A stretch of DNA of 64,000 nt from Dehalococcoidia bacterium (GCA_022450395.1 JAKUQE010000014.1:868-64867), one strand, 5' to 3'. Shown: positions 8,829 through 18,015, counted from the first letter of the stretch. Numbers and translations are program-made. Notes: a model not told the origin generated them from the letters alone.

Positions 8829-9728
8829 CTAGAGGGCGGCTACCTGCTCGCGGAGGGACTCCAACTCTTGAATGAGCTGGGCCTTAGTCTTCCGGGTGTC
8901 GGTCTGGCCGTTAGAAGCCTGATTGTTCTGAGCAACCAACTCCCATGACCGGGCCTCGATCTGGGGCATGATCTCTTGAACCAACTTCTCATCAACCTCG
9001 GCGGCGATGGAGGGGTAGCCTGCCCGTTCAATCATGGACCGCAGGTTTCCGGCCTTGAACTGGTCCAGGGTCCAGCGAAGGGTTTCGCCGGAGGTGGTGA
9101 CGTCCCAATAAACCCGGACGTCCTGGTTGCGGGGGCCGTAGTGATAGTGGGGGCCCTTCTGGAAGCAGTCGAATGCCAGTAACTCTACTTCCTGACCAGC
9201 AACGTCGGATAAGACGTGAATCGCCATGCCCTCGTCGTTGATCTGGGGCAGGTGGCGGTATTCCAGGCCGAATTTCAGGTTGCCGACCTCAATCTTGTCG
9301 CCCTCAACCAATTCGGGCATGAGGTGATGCACGGTTCGGCGTCCGTTCCGGGACAGGTCCCGGCCCGTAGCCTCGGCTTCATCCATGGTCATTGTCGATG
9401 CGGGATTGGCTTCAACAGCAGAGGCTAGCTCCTCATAACCGGCTCGGCGAATCATCGACGGCAGCCGGTGGCGGATGTTGTCCATCGTCCAACCCAGGGG
9501 GTTGCCCGCAGTGGTCTTGTCCATATTTAGCCGGATGTTGTGGTTCTCCGGCCCATAGTGGTAATGAGGAGTCTGGTCGAAGCAGTCGAACCGCAGGATC
9601 TCCGTGTCTTTGCCCTCAACCTTGCCATAAACCTGAACGCACAAGCCCTGGTCCGGCATTAGGTCGGTCCGGTATTCCATCGCGATATCGACAGCGCCTG
9701 CGTTGATTACAGATGTTCCTTTCTCCAC
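8829..9728 (-). CDS. Hypothetical protein made of two tandem copies of an unknown ~90-aa domain (FDCF-x3-PHYHYGP motif) plus a C-terminal coiled-coil tail
   Basis: Repeat 1 is at 9420-9686 and repeat 2 at 9000-9272. They align residue by residue (LEYR, FDCF..PHYHYGP, MIxRAGY). GTG 9728 is preceded by AAGGAGG at 9734-9740. I do not trust the longer track ORF reaching 10037. Confidence 0.7.
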   Translation of the reverse strand: MEKGTSVINAGAVDIAMEYRTDLMPDQGLCVQVYGKVEGKDTEILRFDCFDQTPHYHYGPENHNIRLNMDKTTAGNPLGWTMDNIRHRLPSMIRRAGYEELASAVEANPASTMTMDEAEATGRDLSRNGRRTVHHLMPELVEGDKIEVGNLKFGLEYRHLPQINDEGMAIHVLSDVAGQEVELLAFDCFQKGPHYHYGPRNQDVRVYWDVTTSGETLRWTLDQFKAGNLRSMIERAGYPSIAAEVDEKLVQEIMPQIEARSWELVAQNNQASNGQTDTRKTKAQLIQELESLREQVAAL

Positions 9729-9897
9729 GATTGTCCTCCTTATCCATTTGTGAGCACCCAAACCGTTACGGGAGGCTTCCTGTCCGGAAGTTGGACCCGC
9801 CCCCATTGAGTACCCTACGCCACTGCCGGGTGCGGTCCGGTGGAACGGCTGGCTAAGCCATTCCAACCATGCCGTACAGAGGCAGTTGTTACCCGGA

Positions 9898-9925
9898 ATT
9901 ATAGCATGATAATCGACTCTGGCAA
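9898..9925 (-). promoter_or_regulatory. Sigma-70-like promoter for the 8829-9728 gene
   Basis: On the minus strand: TTGCCA (9925-9920), 16-nt spacer, TATAAT (9903-9898). This predicts a leader of about 160 nt. Confidence 0.45.
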
Positions 9926-10092
9926 ACATTCTGTAGACATAACTTTTTATACTCAAATCCTGTTCACTTGCCGGAACATCGTAAATGGGTTCAATTCGTT
10001 GTTTTGTAATGTCATCTGAACGTCCTCGTTGGTCCAAAATCCTGGCCGGAGCGAAGTCTAAACGGGAACAGCTACCTCTCGTTGGAGATTTT

Positions 10093-11177
10093 ATGCCGGT
10101 CTCGTCATTGCGAAAGTGCCAGTTACCATGGGCTAAGGCGATATTGATTGCCGTGTTCTTGATGGCCGGTTGCGGACCATCGGAAGTTGCTGCCCCGCCT
10201 TCTCAGTCAAGGCCAGAGCCGACCATGGCATCACCCGATCCAAAGATCGATTTCCCGCCTGCGCCATCTTTAACCGCAACACTAACCCCAACGATCACAC
10301 CTGCTCCCGCTCCTACCTACACTCCCCAGCCAACCTACACTCTCTACCCAACATACACACCTTTACCCACTCCTACTTTATGCCCCACTCCGGCCCAAAC
10401 AGCCGCTCCCGTGGTAATCACAACCACTTCATCGCCTGCAACCACCGGAACAGCGCGTCCTATCCCGACAGCCGCACCGATTCTTAATGCGAAGGATAGC
10501 CCGGAAACTCCGGCCGCCTCATTTACGCCAACTCATCCACCCTCCGCAGCGGCACAAGCCACATCGGTCCCAACGCCCATCTCGGTGGCAGCCGTTACGC
10601 CCCGGCCCACGGCCATTCCCGTGGTTCCCCCAACATCAACGCCGAAGCCTCCAACTCCGGCGCCCATCCAGACGCCGTTTCCCACACCATCTTCAACAGC
10701 CATTCCAACTGCCACGCCGATTCCTACTCCATCGCCAACTGCCACAACTGTGCCCGCGCCAACTCCAACCCCTATACCTATTCCCATCCCCACGCCCATC
10801 CCCACTGCGACGCCTCCTCCAACATCAACACCGGTACCTGCCACCCCGCCACCAGCAGGTAGCGTAGTGATCGAATGCATCTTTTTCGACGGCCTGGTTC
10901 CCCGAAGCGAAGCCGACGAATATGTTCGGATCGCCAACCTGAGCGGCGACTCCAAGACGTGTCCGACGGCTCACCCACATTCACCTTCCCTACTTATTCC
11001 ATCGTGCCCGGGGAAAGAGTCCGCGTATACACCAATCAAGTGCACCCGGAATGGGGTGGGTTCTCTTTCCAGCGCGGTAGCTCTATATGGAACAACTCCG
11101 ACCCGGATACCGCCGGCTTGTTCAACGGTCAAGGAGCGCAGGTGTCAACCCGAACCTATCCACCGGGCTGCGAGTAG
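10093..11177 (+). pseudogene. Lipoprotein with a long Pro/Thr linker and a C-terminal lamin-tail-like (LTD) domain; the reading frame is broken near 10940-10950
   Basis: ATG 10093 follows GGAG, and the signal peptide has the lipobox LMAGC. The LTD-like IECIFFDGLVPRSEADEYVRIANLSGD is in frame 1. The continuation QDVSDGSPTFTFPTYSIVPGERVRVYTNQ...PPGCE is in frame 0 and ends at 11177. Confidence 0.6.
10195..10860 (+). repeat. Pro/Thr-rich low-complexity linker coding region
   Basis: Translation is dominated by PTP/TPT/PIP units (…TPTITPAPAPTYTPQPTYTLYPTYTPLPTPT…PTPTPIPIPIPTPIPTATPPPTSTP…). All frames on both strands stay open here. Confidence 0.7.
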
Positions 11178-11220
11178 ATCCGATCCGGGCGCCCTAACCC
11201 TCACCAATACTCTCCCCGAT

Positions 11221-11248
11221 TTGACCGCATTATCATGGGTGATATACT
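11221..11248 (+). promoter_or_regulatory. Candidate sigma-70-like promoter upstream of the LLM oxidoreductase
   Basis: TTGACC, 16-nt spacer, TATACT. It lies about 150 nt upstream of ATG 11400. Confidence 0.35.
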
Positions 11249-11399
11249 CCGAATCGCGCCTGTCATGGGCTCGTGGCAGGCATCCGGTGACTGGCCGTTC
11301 CAAACAATTAACATTGCATAACGTTGCTTTATAGATAGTTCGTCGGAGAACCATCCTAGAGAGAAACAGAATGACCGTACGCAAAGGAGCACTTTTAGA

Positions 11400-12338
11400 A
11401 TGAAAGTCGCCATCAGTATTCCCCGGTTGCCCGACGGTCCCGGCCTACGCGCATTCGTCCAGCGGGCTGAGGCTTTGGGTTTCGATGCGGTGCTGGCGGG
11501 CGACCACATCGTTCTGCCCACCGGAGGGACCCAACAGTATCCATATACGTCCGACGGCTCGTTTTCCCGCCCCGCCGACGAGCCATTCTTAGAAACCATG
11601 ACGCTGTTGGGATACTTGGCGGCCTGCTCCGAGACGGTCAAGTTGGGCAGCACCGTTATCATCCTGCCCTATCGAAACCCGGTGGTCCAAGCAAAGATGT
11701 TCGCCTCTCTGGACGTTTTGACCAATGGCAGGATGATTTGCGGCGTGGGTGTTGGCTGGCTGGAGAAGGAGTTCGAGATTCTGGGGGTGCCCTACGCGGA
11801 AAGGGGACCCATGACCGACGAGTTTCTGGAGATATTCATCGCCCTATGGACCCAGCCCGAGCCGGTTTTCCACGGCCGGTTCTACCATGTGGAGGGAATC
11901 CAGTTCTACCCCAAACCCATCCAGAAACCCCACATCCCGATCTGGGTGGGCGGACACACTAGAAGGGCGTTGCGCCGGACTGCCAAGTACGGCGACTGCT
12001 GGCACACCACCCGCCAAACCCCTGACTTCGTGGCTCAAAACCTACCCTATCTTCACCGGCAGATCGAGGAGGCGGGCCGCGACCCGGCGTCCGTATCAAT
12101 ATCCCTGAAGCGCAGCCTGCATTTCACCGACATGGGATTGGGCGAAGGGAGTTCTGTGCGCAGCGGCGGCGCGATCATCGGCACAACCCAGGAGATCATC
12201 GATGACGTTCACTACTGCCGCGAACTGGGCATAGACCAGCTGACTTACGACTTCCGGGTGGAGGGGATCGACCAGTCCATCCTAGTGATGGAGCACTTAG
12301 CGGACCGGGTACTCCCGGTGGCCGAGCGGCTGGGTTAA
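11400..12338 (+). CDS. LLM-class (luciferase-like) F420/flavin-dependent oxidoreductase
   Basis: MKVAISIP...GFDAVLAGDHIV...LGSTVIILPYRNPVVQAKMFASLDVLTNGRMICGVGVGWLEKEF, typical of the LLM family. Confidence 0.85.
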   Translation: MKVAISIPRLPDGPGLRAFVQRAEALGFDAVLAGDHIVLPTGGTQQYPYTSDGSFSRPADEPFLETMTLLGYLAACSETVKLGSTVIILPYRNPVVQAKMFASLDVLTNGRMICGVGVGWLEKEFEILGVPYAERGPMTDEFLEIFIALWTQPEPVFHGRFYHVEGIQFYPKPIQKPHIPIWVGGHTRRALRRTAKYGDCWHTTRQTPDFVAQNLPYLHRQIEEAGRDPASVSISLKRSLHFTDMGLGEGSSVRSGGAIIGTTQEIIDDVHYCRELGIDQLTYDFRVEGIDQSILVMEHLADRVLPVAERLG

Positions 12339-12399
12339 GCGACAAGAAGAGATCCGGTAGCGAACAAATGATGGCGCCAAATGGCGGTGGGCGTCCTTT

Positions 12400-12882
12400 C
12401 TAACGAACGGTGCCCAGCGCCCGGCGGGCCTCCCGGTCCATGTCCTTGTTTATCAGCGTCCGCCGCTTATCGTATTGCCGTTTGCCCCGAGCCAGCCCCA
12501 GGCCTACTTTGGCGACGTGGCCCTTGATGAAGAGGCTTAGAGCCACGATCGTGACGCCCTTCTCGGCGACTATGCTCTTCAGCTTTGCTATCTCTTCACG
12601 GTGCATCAGTAATTTACGCGGCCGCTTCGGGTCGTGATTGTTGACGCTGCCGGCGTCGTAGGGGGCAATATGGGCGTTGACCAGCCAAAGCTCGCCGTTC
12701 TGAGGCCGCGCGTAAGCGTCCCGAAGGTCGATCTTTCCCGCTCTGATCGATTTGATCTCCGTCCCGGTGAGAACCAGACCGGCTTCATACCGGTCCAAGA
12801 TCTCGTAGTCGAAGAACGCCTTCCGGTTGGTGGCTACGGTTCGGGTGGTTTTTTGCGGGCGTTCAGTTTTTTTGGTGGTCAT
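12400..12882 (-). CDS. smpB: SsrA-binding protein
   Basis: VATNRKAFFDYEILDRYEAGLVLTGTEIKSIRAGKIDLRDAYA...RPRKLLMHREEI. Confidence 0.95.
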   Translation of the reverse strand: MTTKKTERPQKTTRTVATNRKAFFDYEILDRYEAGLVLTGTEIKSIRAGKIDLRDAYARPQNGELWLVNAHIAPYDAGSVNNHDPKRPRKLLMHREEIAKLKSIVAEKGVTIVALSLFIKGHVAKVGLGLARGKRQYDKRRTLINKDMDREARRALGTVR

Positions 12883-12885
12883 GCC

Positions 12886-14079
12886 TTAGCTGCCTTGGGC
12901 GATCTGTTTCCGCAGAAATTCAATGGCCCGGTTCAGATGGACGTCTTCAGAACCGTCCTCCACCTTGTCCAGTTGAACATCGGGCGAGAGACCTTCACCT
13001 TCGATCAAGGTGCCGTTAGGAGTAAACCAATGGGCGATAGTAAAGTTAACTCCGGAGCCATCCTGTAATACCCAAAGATTACTTACGCTGCCCTTGCCGA
13101 AGGTCGTGCCTCCGAGAACAGTAGCCCGCTCGTGGTCCATCATCGCGCCGGTAAACACTTCGCTGGCACTGGCGCTGAATTCGTTGACCAGAACCACAAA
13201 GGGGATTTCCTTGGCTTTCCCCCCGGACTTCACTTTCCAAGGTGTGCGGTGACCCTGAGCGTCGATCTGATAAAGAACCAAACCGTCTTCAAGGAACTGG
13301 CTGGTAACGTCTACCACTGAGGTAAGCAACCCTCCGGGGTTGTTTCGCAAGTCCAAAACGATCCCCGTGCCGCCGGAGTCCTCAAACCTCTTCAACGCGT
13401 TCAGCAGGTCCTTATTGGTGGTTTCGGCAAAGTTGAAGATGCGCAGGTGGCCGATGCCGTTGTCTCCCATGTTTATGCGTACCGAAATGAGGGTAATCAC
13501 TCCCCTCTCAACATTGATCACTACCGGATCGGTATCATTCCGGTGCAAGATCAGGAGCTTAACAACAGTACCCTTCTTGCCGCGGATCCTGTTGACCGCC
13601 TCCATCAGGCTGATCCCCTCGGCGCTCTCGTCTTCAATCTCCAGGATAATGTCGCCGGGGCGAATGCCGGCTCTCTCAGCGGGAGTATCGGGCATGGGAG
13701 CTAGAATCGTGACCAGCCCGTTCCTGATGCCCACCTCAGCCCCGATACCTTCGAAAAAGCCCTTCAGATCTTGGGTCGCGATCTTGTATTGTTCCGCGTT
13801 GTAGAAGGCCGAATACGGGTCCCCCAGGGCGTCCAACATGCCTCTGATCGCCCCGTCGCTAACTTCTTGGGGGTCCAGCTTTCCCCCGTTTATGTGCTCC
13901 CCTTCCAGGAGCTCCCAAACCTCCAGCAGACGTTCGAACTCTGGAGGCAATCCATTAAGAGTAGGATCAACATTGCCCGATTGCCCGAGTTGCTGCACGG
14001 CACAAGCGGCGGCAAAAGACAAAGCGAAGAAACAGATCAAAGAGATTAACGAGGCACGGACGAGCCGTGATTTGGTCAC
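12886..14079 (-). CDS. S41 family carboxyl-terminal processing peptidase with a PDZ domain
   Basis: Signal/TM N-terminus. PDZ motif GIRPGDIILEIED. Catalytic region LVNEFSASASEVFTGAMMD...GTTFGKGSV. Confidence 0.9.
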   Translation of the reverse strand: MTKSRLVRASLISLICFFALSFAAACAVQQLGQSGNVDPTLNGLPPEFERLLEVWELLEGEHINGGKLDPQEVSDGAIRGMLDALGDPYSAFYNAEQYKIATQDLKGFFEGIGAEVGIRNGLVTILAPMPDTPAERAGIRPGDIILEIEDESAEGISLMEAVNRIRGKKGTVVKLLILHRNDTDPVVINVERGVITLISVRINMGDNGIGHLRIFNFAETTNKDLLNALKRFEDSGGTGIVLDLRNNPGGLLTSVVDVTSQFLEDGLVLYQIDAQGHRTPWKVKSGGKAKEIPFVVLVNEFSASASEVFTGAMMDHERATVLGGTTFGKGSVSNLWVLQDGSGVNFTIAHWFTPNGTLIEGEGLSPDVQLDKVEDGSEDVHLNRAIEFLRKQIAQGS

Positions 14080-14262
14080 GGAGGTCGTCTCCTAAACAGC
14101 AAAATTACTCGTGGGGTATCACTCGTGGGATTGGCCGGGTCTCAGGCCACATTGTATCACAGGGCAGAGTTACACCCCTCGGTGTTCATGCGTGGAGGGC
14201 GGGTCTTGACCGCCTAAGTACGGCAGTCTACCCTTGCCGTTACCACTCAGGAGATTGATGAC

Positions 14263-15528
14263 ATGAACGCGGAAATAGTAGCCATAGGTTCGGAACTCCT
14301 TTTGGGTCAGATAGTTGACACCAATTCGGCTTGGATGGCGCAACGCCTGGCCGCGGTGGGGATGAACCTTTATTACAAAACCATAGTCGGGGACAATCCT
14401 GAGCGTATGCTGGAAACGATCACCGCCGCTATGGAACGGTCGGACGTGGTGATAACCTCCGGCGGTATCGGCCCCACCCAGGACGACTTGACCCGGGAAA
14501 TCGTGGCCAAGGCATCCTCCCGGGAACTGGTTTTGGACCCGGAACTGTTGGCCCAGATCGAGGCCAGGTTCCGCCGCCGGGGATTCATAATGACGGAAAA
14601 CAACGACCGCCAGGCGTACATCCCTGAGGGGTCCATACCGGTTGAAAATCCCAACGGCACCGCTCCTTCATTTATCGTGGAAGATCCTAGGGCCGTGGTC
14701 ATCTGTCTTCCGGGCGTCCCCTTCGAGATGAAGTGGTTGTTCGACAATGAAGTAATACCCTATCTTCGGGAGAAGTTCGATCTTTCCGAGGCCATCTACT
14801 CCCGGGTGCTGAAGGTGGCGGACATGGGCGAGAGCGGGGTGGACGACCTGGTAGGACACCTCATCGCCAACTCCAACAATCCGACAGTGGGAGTACTGGC
14901 TCACCCCGGACAGGTGGACGTTCGTATAAGCGCCAAGGCGGCCAGCGAGGAAGAGGCCGACGCCCTGATATCCCCATTGGAGAAAGAGGTCAGGTCCTTG
15001 CTGGGAGATCACGTGTTCGCCACCGGGGAGCAAACTATGCAGGACGTCGTCGGTGAGTTGCTGCGCTCCAATGATTTGACCGTTGCTTCTTTCGAGGGAC
15101 TTACCGGTGGACTGGTCGCCCAGCATCTGCAAGAAGCCGACGGGATGCGCTTTCTGCAAGGCACTGTCGGACAGCAGGAATCTACACTGCGGGCGGTTTT
15201 GGCAGTTAACGGCGGGATCGACGAAAAGGCCGTCTCGGCAACGGACCCTGAAACCCTAACCGGACAATTGGCCGAGGCGGTTCGGGCCGGGGCCGGGGCA
15301 GACTTGGGGCTGGCGGTCCTGTCATTGCCGGACTCCGGTGCTCCAGCAGGAGGAAGCTCCAGCTCCAACTCGGAAAACTTGAGAGCCGGTCACACCTATA
15401 TAGCAGTGGCGGACAGCCAGGGCATCAGCCGCCGCGCTTACAACTTTGCCGGCCCCGGTTTGCCGGACCGGACTAGGGCCTCCCTGCATGCGCTGGACCT
15501 ATTGCGCGTCACGATACTGGAGTCGTAG
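14263..15528 (+). CDS. cinA: CinA family competence/damage-inducible protein (MoCF-binding plus NMN amidohydrolase domains)
   Basis: MNAEIVAIGSELLLGQIVDTNSAWMAQRL...ITSGGIGPTQDDLTRE...LPGVPFEMK. Confidence 0.9.
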   Translation: MNAEIVAIGSELLLGQIVDTNSAWMAQRLAAVGMNLYYKTIVGDNPERMLETITAAMERSDVVITSGGIGPTQDDLTREIVAKASSRELVLDPELLAQIEARFRRRGFIMTENNDRQAYIPEGSIPVENPNGTAPSFIVEDPRAVVICLPGVPFEMKWLFDNEVIPYLREKFDLSEAIYSRVLKVADMGESGVDDLVGHLIANSNNPTVGVLAHPGQVDVRISAKAASEEEADALISPLEKEVRSLLGDHVFATGEQTMQDVVGELLRSNDLTVASFEGLTGGLVAQHLQEADGMRFLQGTVGQQESTLRAVLAVNGGIDEKAVSATDPETLTGQLAEAVRAGAGADLGLAVLSLPDSGAPAGGSSSSNSENLRAGHTYIAVADSQGISRRAYNFAGPGLPDRTRASLHALDLLRVTILES

Positions 15529-15637
15529 CCTCTGCGCCGGATTTACACTCCGCCAACCTGATGCTACTATTACCCGGCGCCACAAGGCGAAGCTACCGAG
15601 GCCGTAATTCGATGCGCCACGGCCTCAAAAAAGGTTC

Positions 15638-16855
15638 ATGATGGATTCAAAATCCTACGATGTCGTGGTCATTGGAGGAGGCATAATCGGCCTCTCCACC
15701 GCCATGCAGATCAAACTAGAAAAGTACCCCGATTGGCGGGTCGCCGTGGTGGAGAAAGACTCCGAGATTGCCACTCACCAAACCGGCCACAACAGCGGGG
15801 TCATCCATTCGGGTATCTATTACCGGCCAGACTCGCAAAAAGCTCAGTTCTGTGTGGGCGGCGCCAAGTCCCTGCGCCAGTTCTGCGATGAAAACGAGAT
15901 TGAGTACAATCAGTGCGGCAAAGTGATCGTGGCCAACAACGATGCGGAAGTGGCCCGGTTGCAAACCCTCCACGAGCGGGGAATCGCCAACGGAGTGGAG
16001 GGACTGGAGATGGTCGGCCCGGAACGGCTGAAAGAGTTGGAGCCTCACGTAGCTGGGATCCAGGCGCTATGGGCGCCCACCACCGGCATCGTCGACTATC
16101 GCAAGGTTGCCGCGGCCTACGCCGAGAAGTTCCAGCAGGCCGGAGGCGACGTTTTCACCAACGCTCCGGTAACTCGGATAATCCGAACCCAAGACGAATT
16201 GGTGCTAGAAACTCCCGGTGGCGCGCTTCACGCCAAGCACCTGATAAACTGCGCCGGACTGTACGCCGACCGGGTGGCCGAGATGATGGGCGAAGACGTG
16301 GACATTCAAATAATTCCCTTCCGAGGCGAGTATTTCACGCTGCGCCCCGAGAGCCATCACCTGGTAAATGGCTTGGTATACCCGGTACCCGACCCCCGAT
16401 TCCCTTTCCTGGGCGTCCACTTCACCCGTAACATTCACGGCTACGTAGAGGCCGGACCCAATGCCGTACTGGCTTTGAAACGAGAGGGCTATCGCAAAGT
16501 CGACGTGAGCCTGGGAGAGTCTTTTCAGACCTTCACCTACCCCGGTTTCTGGAAAATGGCCATGAAGCACTGGAAAACGGCCCTTGGGGAAATACACCGT
16601 TCTTACAGCAAAAAGGTCTTTGTCCGGGACTTACAGGGCCTGATCCCCGAGATTCAAGACGCCGACCTGGCCCCCGGCGGCGCCGGCGTTCGGGCTCAGG
16701 CAGTTTCCCGTAGCGGCGCGTTGCTGGACGATTTCAGCATCATTCGGGGCCGGGAAGCGGTCCATGTCTTAAACGCGCCATCACCCGGTGCTACGTCGTC
16801 CCTGGCCATCGGCGCCCACATCGTGGAGTTGGCGGCGGAAGCCTTCGGCGAATAG
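15638..16855 (+). CDS. lhgO: L-2-hydroxyglutarate oxidase (FAD-dependent)
   Basis: YDVVVIGGGIIGLSTAMQI...HQTGHNSGVIHSGIYYRPDSQKAQFCVGG closely follows the LhgO/YgaF pattern. Confidence 0.85.
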   Translation: MMDSKSYDVVVIGGGIIGLSTAMQIKLEKYPDWRVAVVEKDSEIATHQTGHNSGVIHSGIYYRPDSQKAQFCVGGAKSLRQFCDENEIEYNQCGKVIVANNDAEVARLQTLHERGIANGVEGLEMVGPERLKELEPHVAGIQALWAPTTGIVDYRKVAAAYAEKFQQAGGDVFTNAPVTRIIRTQDELVLETPGGALHAKHLINCAGLYADRVAEMMGEDVDIQIIPFRGEYFTLRPESHHLVNGLVYPVPDPRFPFLGVHFTRNIHGYVEAGPNAVLALKREGYRKVDVSLGESFQTFTYPGFWKMAMKHWKTALGEIHRSYSKKVFVRDLQGLIPEIQDADLAPGGAGVRAQAVSRSGALLDDFSIIRGREAVHVLNAPSPGATSSLAIGAHIVELAAEAFGE

Positions 16856-16995
16856 TCCTGAGCAGAACCCGGTATCCATTCGTTGACCCGTCCCGCGGCG
16901 GACCGGTTCCCTACCCGCATAAACTTTTACTCCGTGGTAGACCGGTTTCCCAACCGGCAAAAAACAAAAGTGGCCCTAGTGACGGGGCGATAATG

Positions 16996-17024
16996 TTGAT
17001 GCTAAGGTGCACCCTGGGTATAAT
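16996..17024 (+). promoter_or_regulatory. Sigma-70-like promoter for the maoC-like/plsX/fabG cluster
   Basis: TTGATG (16996-17001), 17-nt spacer, TATAAT (17019-17024). It lies about 55 nt upstream of TTG 17081. Confidence 0.5.
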
Positions 17025-17080
17025 CGACCACTAGAGATTCCCTGGGGGAATCCACGGCGATTCCGCAAGGGGAGGATGGA

Positions 17081-17929
17081 TTGGCGGTTTCAGCGGGATC
17101 CGAACTGGATTTGGGAGTCTGGACGGTCACCGAGGATAAGGTCCGCCAGTACCTAAATGCGGTTGGGGACGAACAACCAGCCTATTTCGATCTGTCCATG
17201 GCGCCGCCGTTAGCCCTATCGGCCTGGTCCCTGGGAGCGCTGTTGGATCAGTTAGCTCTGCCACCGGGAGCCATCCACAGCCTGCAGGAATTGGAAACCT
17301 TCCGGGGGGTTAAGTTCGACGAAGAGATTCACGCCTCCGCTCAGGTCACTAAACCCCGTCAGCGTGGCAACATGAAATTTCTTTCAGTTGGTTACACCCT
17401 AACAGACAGAGGGGGCGAACAAGTACAGTGCGGAAAGAGCACAGTCTTGGTGGTGGACTCCGTTGAGGAGGAATCTAGCGGGATGAAATCCGCCCAACCT
17501 CCCTTTACAAAAGGGGGTGATTCTGGAAACGGCGGCGATCAGTTCGGGTCGATGCCGAGGGTTTCCAGAACGATCTCTCAAGAACGGTTGAACGCCTATG
17601 CTCAAGCATCCGGTGATGCCAATCTCTTGCATCTGGACGCCGGATTCGCGGCCAACACGCCCTTTAGGGGTATCATAGCCCACGGCATGCTGACCTTGGC
17701 GTTTATCGGGGAAATGATGACGGCTGAACTGGGGCGGGCCTGGCTTGAAACCGGGGCTATCAAAGCCAGGTTTAAGGGCGCGGCATACTTGGGGGACGAT
17801 GTTGAATCCTGGGGCAGAAAGACCGGGGACAATGATTCCAGGGTGGAGTATTCTGTAGGCCTTTGGAATCCGGCAAGCGGCCAGGAGCTTATAACGGGGA
17901 GCGCTACGGCTAGAGCGGCCCTTGCCTGA
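17081..17929 (+). CDS. Fused double-hotdog MaoC-like (R)-hydratase/dehydratase
   Basis: The N-terminal half is hotdog-like (VTEDKVRQYLNAVGDEQPAYF). A Gly/Ser linker follows. The C-terminal half carries the MaoC signature SGDANLLHLDAGFAANTPFRGIIAHGMLT. TTG start after GGGGAGGA. Confidence 0.7.
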   Translation: MAVSAGSELDLGVWTVTEDKVRQYLNAVGDEQPAYFDLSMAPPLALSAWSLGALLDQLALPPGAIHSLQELETFRGVKFDEEIHASAQVTKPRQRGNMKFLSVGYTLTDRGGEQVQCGKSTVLVVDSVEEESSGMKSAQPPFTKGGDSGNGGDQFGSMPRVSRTISQERLNAYAQASGDANLLHLDAGFAANTPFRGIIAHGMLTLAFIGEMMTAELGRAWLETGAIKARFKGAAYLGDDVESWGRKTGDNDSRVEYSVGLWNPASGQELITGSATARAALA

Positions 17930-18015
17930 GACTCGGTACAACATCGCCGCCACTATGATTCAAAATACATGTCCCAAGGGACATATCCAAAGGTCCACGG
18001 ATTAAAAGAGGAAAT

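Noticed and set aside
9790-9840. B12-box-like GCCACTG with nearby GGAAG..CCCGCCCCC on the plus strand, suggesting a cobalamin riboswitch
   Set aside because: The spacing between the CCCCC tract and GCCACUG differs from my recollection of the cobalamin riboswitch core. I could not trace the other conserved helices. It lies about 270 nt upstream of a gene with no B12 link. A covariance-model scan would be needed, so I make no call.
9980-10000. GGTTCAATTCG resembling a tRNA T-loop
   Set aside because: No acceptor, D or anticodon arms can be built around it. It is an isolated chance match.
9729-10037. N-terminal 103-aa extension of the track ORF 8829..10037
   Set aside because: The convincing AAGGAGG-GTG start is at 9728, and a consensus promoter lies inside the extension. 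The extension's translation shows no feature I could recognise as protein-like. I treat this region as a leader instead.
10170-10984. Multiple overlapping ORFs in other frames and on the other strand across the Pro/Thr linker (e.g. 10487..10867, 10533..10955). I also considered a CRISPR-like or tandem array here.
   Set aside because: The repeats are irregular codon-level PT units without constant repeat/spacer periodicity. The alternative frames give His/Arg/Gln or Gly/Val low-complexity strings caused by the biased composition.
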